Below, piece after piece: positions 55,891 through 64,000 of a DNA stretch of 64,000 bases (within the stretch, counting starts at the first letter, position 1; every line of letters begins with the position of its first letter). Made by a program: the position numbers and the translations under genes. Source of the DNA: an uncultured Pseudomonadota bacterium (GTDB lineage Bacteria; Pseudomonadota; Alphaproteobacteria; Rs-D84). The stretch is taken from NCBI GenBank assembly GCA_902771695.1, contig CACXXP010000005.1:16944-80943 (forward strand), written 5' to 3'. Under the pieces are notes generated by a model. The model saw only the letters and a list, made by a program, of their open reading frames with translations. It made no database searches and was not told the origin of the DNA.

Positions 55891-57135
55891 ATGATAAAAC
55901 TGCCTGAACTTTTGGCGCCTGGGGGAACACTGGACGCATTTAAAACCGCGATACTGTACGGTGCAGATGCAATTTATGCTGGGTTGCCGGGGTTTTCTAT
56001 GCGGGCACGCGCAAAAATTACCACCGAAGAGGTTAAAACCGGAATAGAATTGGCACATGGTGCGGGTAAAAAAGTATATTTGGCGTTCAATCTGTTCGCG
56101 CATGATAACGAATTTGTAAATATGCCACGTGTGTCGGAAATAATAAATTATTTGAAACCAGATGCTTTGATTGTGGCGGACCCTGGGGTTTTGACGTGGG
56201 TACGGGAACATCATCCGGATATGCCGATACATATTTCAACCCAGGCAAATATTTGTTCCACTGCATCTGTTAAGTTTTGGCAAAATGCCGGGGCGTCATT
56301 GTGTGTATTGGCGCGTGAAGTTTCGCATAAAGAATTTATTTCTATACGTAACGCATGTCCAGATATAAAACTTGAAATATTTGTTCATGGTGCAATGTGC
56401 ATGTCTTATTCTGGGCGGTGTTTGCTGTCAAACTTTATCACGGGACGTCCGGCAAATCGTGGCGCATGTGCGCAACTGTGTCGGTGGAAATATGATGTTA
56501 TTTTGCGTGAATGTGAAACTGGAATTGAAATGCCAATATCCGAAGATGAACATGGCGCGTATATTATGAATTCCAAAGATTTGTGTTTGATGCCACGTCT
56601 GGCCGAGGTTATAGAATCACACCCTGATTCATTAAAGATAGAAGGTCGGAATCGCAGTGAATACTACGTTGGGTCGGTTGTGCATGCGTATCGTTGCGCG
56701 TTGGATGATTATGCGCGTGACCCAGAACATTTTGACCCAGCCAAATACATGGAAATGTTAAATGTATTAGAATCGCGTGGATATACAACGGCGTTCTTTG
56801 ATGGACCGGTGCCACCAGATGCGCATAATTATGAATCTGCGCGGTCATCGTCCGAATATCATGCCGCCGGTGTGGTCACAGGTAAAACAGATTCTGAAAT
56901 AACACTGGAATTGCGAAATGAAATACGGGCAGGGGAAGAAATAACATTTGTATTGCCACATTCTAGTGTGGGTACAAATGTAAAATTACAACAAATTTTG
57001 GATGCGAAATCACGTCAAGATTTACCAAAACAATCCGCGGGCCAGCATAATGCGATACTGATTCCACGTGCGTGGGTTGATGACACAGTTTGGAATAAAA
57101 TATCACCGTTGATTTTGGCGTATAAACATAAATAG
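55891..57135 (+). CDS. U32 family protein (TrhP/YegQ-like tRNA hydroxylase)
   Basis: ELLAPGG, YGADAIY, EIFVHGAMCMSYSGRCLLS, RGACAQLCRWKY, SLKIEGR. Confidence 0.92.
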   Translation: MIKLPELLAPGGTLDAFKTAILYGADAIYAGLPGFSMRARAKITTEEVKTGIELAHGAGKKVYLAFNLFAHDNEFVNMPRVSEIINYLKPDALIVADPGVLTWVREHHPDMPIHISTQANICSTASVKFWQNAGASLCVLAREVSHKEFISIRNACPDIKLEIFVHGAMCMSYSGRCLLSNFITGRPANRGACAQLCRWKYDVILRECETGIEMPISEDEHGAYIMNSKDLCLMPRLAEVIESHPDSLKIEGRNRSEYYVGSVVHAYRCALDDYARDPEHFDPAKYMEMLNVLESRGYTTAFFDGPVPPDAHNYESARSSSEYHAAGVVTGKTDSEITLELRNEIRAGEEITFVLPHSSVGTNVKLQQILDAKSRQDLPKQSAGQHNAILIPRAWVDDTVWNKISPLILAYKHK

Positions 57136-57140
57136 TTCAA

Positions 57141-57683
57141 TTAACTATTATGTTGTGATTGACTCATAATAAATTTGCGATATATTTTTGCAAAATATTC
57201 TGGGTTGTGTTCCAGTTCGTTTATATCCCGGCGCGATGCCGTTAGTGCCAACCATGTTCGGAACGTGCGGCAACGACTGGAAATTCTGGTTGGATTATGG
57301 GTATGCGCATTATCCGATGTTTCTATGGCATTTGGGTTGGAATTCACGATTAATATTTGATTGTCCAAGTTTGTTTTTGCCGCCGTAACAGCGTTTTTTG
57401 CCTGAATTGGATTTATCGCCTTTACATCGTTTTTATGGTCTGATTCCATTGTTTTTCGTGCAATAACCGGTTTGTGTCCCACAAACAAATGTGTCAGGAA
57501 AGCAATTGCCGGTGTGTCCAGGTTGTCCAGACGTTCGGCCAGAAATTGACGCATGTCTTCTTTGGCATCGTGTTGCGATTGCCCAAGTATTTTTCCTTGG
57601 GACAAGTGTTGGTCAACAAATGCATCATAAAGACGCATGTACGCAGTTATTAAAATGCTTTGTGTTTCCAATGAGAATTTCAT
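57141..57683 (-). CDS. Orphan hypothetical protein, 180 aa
   Basis: ORF filling the gap between convergent genes; GAGG upstream; no recognised motif. Confidence 0.55.
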   Translation of the reverse strand: MKFSLETQSILITAYMRLYDAFVDQHLSQGKILGQSQHDAKEDMRQFLAERLDNLDTPAIAFLTHLFVGHKPVIARKTMESDHKNDVKAINPIQAKNAVTAAKTNLDNQILIVNSNPNAIETSDNAHTHNPTRISSRCRTFRTWLALTASRRDINELEHNPEYFAKIYRKFIMSQSQHNS

Positions 57684-57904
57684 TTGGTGCCTCTTGATAT
57701 TAATAATAGTACAAAATAAGAATTTTTCAATAGCAACGTGTCAATACACGATTGTTTTTGACTTTATTTTAATATCGGGGTATCATTATGTGGTTATATT
57801 CTCATTGTGGCGCTGTTGCCAAGAATGGGCGGCGTTTGGGAATATGACACCAATCTTGCCAATAATGGGGGTTGGTAATTAACAAATAACACAAGGAAAA
57901 ATAA

Positions 57905-58912
57905 ATGAAAAAAATTTTAGGTTTTGCGGTCGCTGTGGCTGCAATGACAACGTCTGCGATGGCGGCAAAAAATATGGAAAATCCGTTGTACATGCCATAC
58001 GGTGGTGAATTGTATTCCAAAACATCGTTTGGGGTCATGTACAAAAAGACGGACGATACATTAAGTCAGATTTTGCGTAATACTGATGGAAACTATGAAT
58101 TCCCAATATGGCGTCCAATGCAAGAATTGGGTTTTGGTATTACTGATCGTTGGATGGTACACGGTGTTGCCGGATACACTCATGATGCCGATGCGGACCG
58201 CAAAGGGTTCCATTTGGGCCGTTTGGGAACAACATATCGTGTAATAAAAACATCTGATGATTTTGTATGGGATTTGTACGGTGATTTCCACCTGGGCGGA
58301 ATTGAAAAAATGCGCGGTGCATTAAAAGAATCTGAAACGACCCCTGGGGAATATGTATTTCACTATAAAAACTATTCCAATGGTCGTTGGGGCGCACATG
58401 TTGGAACCAAGGTTGGTAAAACATGGTCGTCACGTGTCACAACCAGCGGCTTTGTAGAAGTCCTGCGGACATGGGGCAACCATAATAACGAAATAGATGT
58501 TTCTGCACTTGGCTTTCCTGGGCTCCCGGACAAGATGTCTGTTGATATCAGTTCAACATGGGAAATAAACGCGGGTGCAAATGTGTTCTATCAAATGACA
58601 GATGCATGGTCTGGTGGTTTGGGTTTCCGTTATAACCATCATGCCGAAAATGGTTTGGAAGATATTCATACCGATATTTCATCTGTGCCTGAACCGTATA
58701 AAACTGGTCTTAAAAATATGTTAAACGAATATAAACATATGCATGATCGCTTTGATGAATATATCTTGAATTTAACATTGGCGTATCAAATCAGTGATGG
58801 TTTCCAAGTTGCCGCGTATTTCGAAGATACGTTGGATAAAGGTGATCGTTTGTCTGCAAACACAACCGATATTAAAGTTGAAGCTGGTCTTCGTTTGAAT
58901 GTCGTGTTTTAA
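57905..58912 (+). CDS. Outer membrane beta-barrel protein, unknown family
   Basis: AAGGA RBS, signal peptide, amphipathic strands, C-terminal EAGLRLNVVF. Confidence 0.75.
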   Translation: MKKILGFAVAVAAMTTSAMAAKNMENPLYMPYGGELYSKTSFGVMYKKTDDTLSQILRNTDGNYEFPIWRPMQELGFGITDRWMVHGVAGYTHDADADRKGFHLGRLGTTYRVIKTSDDFVWDLYGDFHLGGIEKMRGALKESETTPGEYVFHYKNYSNGRWGAHVGTKVGKTWSSRVTTSGFVEVLRTWGNHNNEIDVSALGFPGLPDKMSVDISSTWEINAGANVFYQMTDAWSGGLGFRYNHHAENGLEDIHTDISSVPEPYKTGLKNMLNEYKHMHDRFDEYILNLTLAYQISDGFQVAAYFEDTLDKGDRLSANTTDIKVEAGLRLNVVF

Positions 58913-58930
58913 TTAACGAAAGTGAGAAAT

Positions 58931-58961
58931 AAAAACAGGTCCGATTTGGGCCTGTTTTTTT
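58931..58961. terminator. Terminator
   Basis: AAAAACAGGTCC-gattt-GGGCCTGTTTTTTT. Confidence 0.75.
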
Positions 58962-59033
58962 GTTTTGTATTAAAACGCTTTTTTTAATGCCCGATTTGTG
59001 ATATAATATCCCAAGAAAGGTAGTCAAGAGAGA

Positions 59034-60212
59034 ATGAGAAAAGTCAGTGTTTCTGCCGCTTTGATTGGTTTTTGTGCGTTCGCATCCGGCGTGGCCGGTG
59101 CCGCTTATCCGGTATATCAAAATTATCCGGGTGCACAAAATATGCCTGTTTATCAACAGCAATATCAGCAGCAATACGCTCAACAATATCCTCAGCAGTA
59201 CCAGCAACCGTATGCCCAGCAATATCCGACACCCGTTCCGGGAACGGTTCAATTGCCCGCAACAAACAGTACAGTGCTTACCGTGAATTCTGCTGTTGCA
59301 GCGGCCCCAACGCGTGTGACGGGTGCGTTGCCCCAGGTCGGTTCTGCGGCGGTTGCGGCGGGGCGTCGGTATTATCAACCATCAGATTATGATCGTTTGG
59401 CCGATAGTGGTCTGTATGTCGGACTTTCTGCGGCATACACGGCAAGTTTGATGGGATCGATGAAATCAGATTATGCTGGTGAAAAAGATGCCTATGTTGT
59501 GCCGGGGGCATTTGCATCGGCCAGTTATGAAAAAGATACTATTATTCCATTACAGGTTTCGGTTGGTGCGTCTATCAACAATGATTTACGTATAGATTTT
59601 TCATACACGCGTTATTCTGGACTTAGTTATGCCAACAACGTGTTCACCGCGGATTATACCGGTGCGGCAAATGTTGCAACATCCGTAGAAGGTGGTGCAA
59701 TTACTGCAAACACGACAATGTTGAATATGTATTACAACCTTGATTCTTATACTGGGTATGTGGCAGGCGGATCGTTGCGTCCATATTTTGGCGTTGGTGT
59801 TGGTATTTCGTTAAATACAATTGCAGATTATGTTGTGTATGATGAAACATATTACACAATTGTTGAAGATTTGAACGATACAATAAATAACGCCGGTGTT
59901 TTAACAGGTATATCGGATGTTTATGCGTATCACAATGGTGGAACAAATGAACAATTGGCATTCATGGTTGAAGGTGGTGTGACGACGGACCTTGGGGGTG
60001 GAATCAAATTGGATTTGTTTGCCAGATATTCAAACCTTGGGAAAGTAAAAACATCGGGCAGTATTGTTTTATCGCAAACTGAATGGTTGTCTGATGGTTA
60101 TGGTGGCGAAGTTCAGGCCGATTACGACAGTGTTTTCCATTACACCAATTGGTATGAAAGTGGCCGTCTGTCAATGGTTGATGTCGGTGCGCGTCTGAGA
60201 TTGCAATTCTAA
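59034..60212 (+). CDS. Outer membrane beta-barrel protein (opacity/Ail/Msp4-like) with Gln/Tyr/Pro-rich N-terminal repeat
   Basis: Signal peptide; LYVGLSAAY, TTMLNMYYNL, RPYFGVGVGIS, LDLFARYSNLG, C-terminal VGARLRLQF. Confidence 0.8.
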   Translation: MRKVSVSAALIGFCAFASGVAGAAYPVYQNYPGAQNMPVYQQQYQQQYAQQYPQQYQQPYAQQYPTPVPGTVQLPATNSTVLTVNSAVAAAPTRVTGALPQVGSAAVAAGRRYYQPSDYDRLADSGLYVGLSAAYTASLMGSMKSDYAGEKDAYVVPGAFASASYEKDTIIPLQVSVGASINNDLRIDFSYTRYSGLSYANNVFTADYTGAANVATSVEGGAITANTTMLNMYYNLDSYTGYVAGGSLRPYFGVGVGISLNTIADYVVYDETYYTIVEDLNDTINNAGVLTGISDVYAYHNGGTNEQLAFMVEGGVTTDLGGGIKLDLFARYSNLGKVKTSGSIVLSQTEWLSDGYGGEVQADYDSVFHYTNWYESGRLSMVDVGARLRLQF

Positions 60213-60259
60213 AGAAGTGCGATTTCGTTTCAATCGCATAATCTGATAGGGATACGTGA

Positions 60260-61960
60260 ATGAAAAAACATATTTATTCTTTGTTGGCGGTTGTGGTTGC
60301 GATTGGTGACGCGGTGGCGGGGATTCGTGTCGGAAACCTGTCACGGAACTATGCGGGTTCATATAAAAATACCGCCGCATTAGAACAGCAATATAATAAT
60401 TCTGTGGCCGCCGCAGCCCAAGAAGATGTTGTGGTGGATGTTGAATTGCCGGTTCGTGTCGCAAACAAGGAATTGGCCGAACAGGTTAAACGTGGCGATG
60501 AAGACGCGAAAACCAATATTGAAACATTAAACAAGTGTGCGTCTATTTACCCCGATGGCGAATTTGTTTGGGATGTTCCAACACTGGGACGTGGTGCCGG
60601 TGGCCAGGCAACGTGTGTTGCGGTTGTTGAAATGCGTGCGTTGGGTTCAAATGGGGGATTGGAATATACAACGGTTGCACGCGGAAAACTGGCTGCGGGT
60701 GATATGGTACATTGCAATATATCGGACTTTGCAGAAAGTACATATTTGCCAGATATTACCAAGGTTACTTTCCCGGCTGATGAAAGACCAACACGTGAAG
60801 ATGTTGTAAAGGTTATGAACGAAGAACAAAAAAGCAAGGCCGGATTGAAAATTGCAGCCGCCGCATTGGTCGGTGGGTTGGGCGGAAACTTTGTTGGTAA
60901 ATCAGCCCCGGGCGAAGATAAAATGTTGGGGACAAACAAAGAAAAAATGAAAACTACTGCAATTGGTGCGGCGGCGGGTGCGGCACTGATGGCGGCGAGT
61001 ACTTTTTCAGGCAAAGTCGCTGGGGATGTCATTTTGCATACTGGTGTAAACGCGGCGGCGGGTGGTGTTATTGGAAATTTGACCCAAACGGGTGACGATG
61101 TACTGCGTGTTGAAAAATGTACATATAACTCTATTGAAACAACATGTTTGTGGGGCACATTGACCAAGACCGAAGATATAACTTCGGAAAATTTAGACGG
61201 GGTATTTTCTGATGTTTCTGGCAAGAACGTGTTTACCTGTAAACGGAATGAAAATGGTGAAAAAATATCTTGCAGAAAACGGTCAGATTTGGTTGTAAAA
61301 ACGGTTGCAGATAAGCCATTGGGAACGTATGGTCGTGCAGATTTGGTACCGATAACAGATGTTAAACAGAAATACTATTTTCATAAAGAAATTACACAGA
61401 TAACTGATCTTAATGATGCGTCTTCCAAAGAGGCCGATGATAATAATCTTTATTTCATGGCAAGTGCAGAAAAGAAAGCCGGACTTGGACAACAGGCGGT
61501 TGTTGTTGATTACAAAGAAGGTGCATTTGGTAATAAAACAGATACGTGGGAATCATGGAAAGCCGGAAACAAAAAGGCGACATTCTGTTTACGTGATACC
61601 AAGGGTAATCCGGTTGCCGATCAATGCAATGATAAGTTGTCCAAGGGAAAAGATAACGAAGGTAATGATATTCCATATACACTGGATGACTTTAAACCCA
61701 AGGCCCTTAGTGCCGATGATGGCAGTGTTATAGATTTTTCCAACAAGGCACGTTTGGGTTCAACCGTCAAAGGTGCGGGCGTTGGTGGTGCAATGGGTGC
61801 GTTTTCTGGATACCAAGGCGCCCAGGCGGATATCGAAGACCGTCTGACCCAGGCGATACGTGAATATAATGATTCACTGGAAAAGATTTATTGTGGAACA
61901 GGCAAGAAATTCTTGTCGTTCTATAACGATGATGCAGGAATTCCACCGATGAAGAATTAA
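60260..61960 (+). CDS. Secreted protein with several glycine-zipper segments
   Basis: Signal peptide; AAAALVGGLGGNFVG, AIGAAAGAALMAA, AAAGGVIGN, GAGVGGAMGAFSG. Confidence 0.8.
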   Translation: MKKHIYSLLAVVVAIGDAVAGIRVGNLSRNYAGSYKNTAALEQQYNNSVAAAAQEDVVVDVELPVRVANKELAEQVKRGDEDAKTNIETLNKCASIYPDGEFVWDVPTLGRGAGGQATCVAVVEMRALGSNGGLEYTTVARGKLAAGDMVHCNISDFAESTYLPDITKVTFPADERPTREDVVKVMNEEQKSKAGLKIAAAALVGGLGGNFVGKSAPGEDKMLGTNKEKMKTTAIGAAAGAALMAASTFSGKVAGDVILHTGVNAAAGGVIGNLTQTGDDVLRVEKCTYNSIETTCLWGTLTKTEDITSENLDGVFSDVSGKNVFTCKRNENGEKISCRKRSDLVVKTVADKPLGTYGRADLVPITDVKQKYYFHKEITQITDLNDASSKEADDNNLYFMASAEKKAGLGQQAVVVDYKEGAFGNKTDTWESWKAGNKKATFCLRDTKGNPVADQCNDKLSKGKDNEGNDIPYTLDDFKPKALSADDGSVIDFSNKARLGSTVKGAGVGGAMGAFSGYQGAQADIEDRLTQAIREYNDSLEKIYCGTGKKFLSFYNDDAGIPPMKN

Positions 61961-61984
61961 AAAAACGGGCATTGCCCGTTTTTT
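61959..61984. terminator. Bidirectional terminator
   Basis: AAAAAACGGGC-att-GCCCGTTTTTT. Confidence 0.8.
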
Positions 61985-62522
61985 ACATAAACTTTTCACG
62001 CAATATGGCAAGCTTTGCATCATATGCATTTGTGAAATGCACACCGCGTCCACCATTTTCACGCCATTCATTTACATTATCAATGCGGTCATCAACCAAA
62101 ATATCATTTAGGGTCGGCGAAACCAATTCACCTTTGGCACCTGTACAAATTATGATGTTTTCAGGTGCAAAATAATTTCCCAAATTGCGCAATATCCAAT
62201 CGCGCTTTTCAGATGCCACAAATGCGACATATTTATCACCCCCAACAAAATTCTTGGCCCGCGGTGTTTTGCTTAACACACACAATTTTCCGATGTTTCC
62301 GGCAACATCTAATACCAATTGTATGTTATCGGTCATTGGCAAATCGTGCCAGAATTTTGGTGTGTTTTCTATATCTAACCACATTTGGCGTTTTGCGGCC
62401 CGTGCAGCGTCATCTAATTTTTCGGTGGGACGGTTGGTGCATAAAGCATACTTTGGCAGGTGTGCGTTGAAATTTACCAACGTATTATCCATGTCAAAAT
62501 AGAAAGTATATCTTTTATCCAT
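61983..62522 (-). CDS. HAD-superfamily 5'(3')-deoxyribonucleotidase-like protein
   Basis: YFDMDNTLVNF (DxD motif I), VLSKTP, ILVDDRIDNVNEW...GGRGVHF. Confidence 0.8.
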   Translation of the reverse strand: MDKRYTFYFDMDNTLVNFNAHLPKYALCTNRPTEKLDDAARAAKRQMWLDIENTPKFWHDLPMTDNIQLVLDVAGNIGKLCVLSKTPRAKNFVGGDKYVAFVASEKRDWILRNLGNYFAPENIIICTGAKGELVSPTLNDILVDDRIDNVNEWRENGGRGVHFTNAYDAKLAILREKFM

Positions 62523-63876
62523 TTATAATCTCCTTTACGCGTTTCGTCACATCAGAAATTGCAACGCGTTCTTGTTCCATCGTGTCACGATGGCGTAATG
62601 TTACCATATGATCTTCCAATGTTTGATGGTCAACCGTTATGCACACCGGTGTTCCGATTTCATCATGACGGCGATAGTTTTTACCGATGTTCCCAGAATT
62701 TTCCAGTTCAATACGGCCAATACCCAACGCGCGCAAATCGTTTTCAATGTTTTCAGCAATGCCGACCAATTCTGGAACATTGCGCGCCAATGGTATAACC
62801 GCGGCCTTGACCGGTGCAAGCCGTGGTTTCAATTTCAGAACCGTACGTGTTTTTCCATCGCCCAGGTCTTCTTCGGTATATGCTTCTAGCATCAGGGCCA
62901 TCATTGCACGATTTACACCCATCGCGGTTTCAATTACATATGGAATAAAACTTTCACCGGTTTGTGGATCAGAATACGCCAACTTTATCGTGCTGTCGGT
63001 GTTTTCCATAACATGTGCCGCAATCTTGAATTCGTTCTGTGATTTTGTGTGTGACCCCAAATCAAAATCTTGACGGTTGTGTACACCTTCTACTTCGTCA
63101 AAACCATCGGGAAATTCATATTCAATATCGCCCGCCGCCTTGGCATAGTGGGCCAATTTTTCATGCGGTGTGAAACGCAATTTATTTGCCGGAATCCCAA
63201 GCACATTTGTCCACCATGCAATACGGGTTTCGCGCCACATTTCAAAATATTTTGCATCTTCGCCAGGATGTACAAAGTATTGCATTTCGGCCTGTTCAAA
63301 TTCGCGCATACGGAAAACGAAACCGCGTGGCGAAATTTCATTACGAAATGCCTTGCCAATCTGGGCAATACCGAACGGCAATTTATGTGGGGTAGAATCA
63401 AGAACGTTCTTGAAATTGATATATGTCGTGGTTGCTGTTTCTGGACGCAGATATGCATTAACTTCGCCATTTGCAACCGCACCAATAGACAGCCCCATCA
63501 TCAATTGGTATTCACGCGGTGGCATTAAATCTGTGGAACCACAATTATCGCACTTTGTTTGGTCGCGCATTTTATCTTGGCGCATACGCGCACCGCATTT
63601 TTTACATTCAACCAGTGGGTCTGAAAATCCGCCTTCGTGTCCAGAATATTTCCACATCAACCGATTGCCAATCAGTGATGCATCCAATCCTTCTATGTCA
63701 TTGCGTGAATAAATCATTGAATTCCACCAAGCATTCTTGATGTTCTTCATCAGTTCCACACCATACGGACCATAATCATATGTTCCGCCCAAACCGCCAT
63801 AAATTTCGGATCCAGTAAATATAAAACCACGTCTTTTACACAGTGCAACAATATCATTTACATTTTTTGCCGGCAT
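62515..63876 (-). CDS. glyQS: Glycine-tRNA ligase, homodimeric alpha2 (archaeal/eukaryote-type)
   Basis: SEIYGG..GTYDYGPYG, LRPETA, FGIAQIGKAFRNEISPRGFVFRMREFEQAEMQYF, GKNYRRHDEIGTP; AGGGG RBS. Confidence 0.93.
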   Translation of the reverse strand: MPAKNVNDIVALCKRRGFIFTGSEIYGGLGGTYDYGPYGVELMKNIKNAWWNSMIYSRNDIEGLDASLIGNRLMWKYSGHEGGFSDPLVECKKCGARMRQDKMRDQTKCDNCGSTDLMPPREYQLMMGLSIGAVANGEVNAYLRPETATTTYINFKNVLDSTPHKLPFGIAQIGKAFRNEISPRGFVFRMREFEQAEMQYFVHPGEDAKYFEMWRETRIAWWTNVLGIPANKLRFTPHEKLAHYAKAAGDIEYEFPDGFDEVEGVHNRQDFDLGSHTKSQNEFKIAAHVMENTDSTIKLAYSDPQTGESFIPYVIETAMGVNRAMMALMLEAYTEEDLGDGKTRTVLKLKPRLAPVKAAVIPLARNVPELVGIAENIENDLRALGIGRIELENSGNIGKNYRRHDEIGTPVCITVDHQTLEDHMVTLRHRDTMEQERVAISDVTKRVKEIING

Positions 63877-64000
63877 CATCAAACCCCTATGTTTATAATT
63901 GCAAGTATAAGTATTATATTTTATTCGTACGTTTGCAACATTTTTTGCCATAAAAAAACGGGGGCAAAATGCCCCCGAAAATTCCGCGATTTTTATTTCT

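Overview
Chromosomal window from an AT-rich alphaproteobacterium. Gene order and protein style suggest a divergent, probably host- or gut-associated lineage such as Rs-D84/'Ca. Enterousia'; this is inference and was not checked. Genetic code is standard. Core content: kefB/C fragment, lspA, yidC; tRNA-Trp-secE-nusG-rplKAJL-rpoBC; rpmF-plsX; fabH-ihfA; M13 peptidase, hemW, MltB-like, olsB/olsA-like, ldh, sod, cvpA, U32 family, glyQS; three tRNAs (Trp, Arg, Thr). Unusual content: (1) a virB8-virB9-virB10 type IV secretion core with no ATPases nearby, where VirB9 is fused to a SPOR domain and VirB10 has an Ig-like insert and a 14-Cys tail; (2) many Sec-exported, Cys-rich or glycine-zipper modular proteins, including a ~1720-codon gene with nine sushi/CCP-like modules broken by an in-frame TGA and a -1 frameshift, and two tandem trypsin-like proteases; (3) tandem prolyl-tRNA synthetases of the two different evolutionary types, plus an alpha2-type GlyRS; (4) a heptamer inverted-repeat element between rpoB and rpoC; (5) an orphan gene bracketed by twin hairpins. 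No CRISPR array, integrase, transposase, reverse transcriptase or rRNA was seen. All domain calls come from motif recognition by eye; no searches were run.
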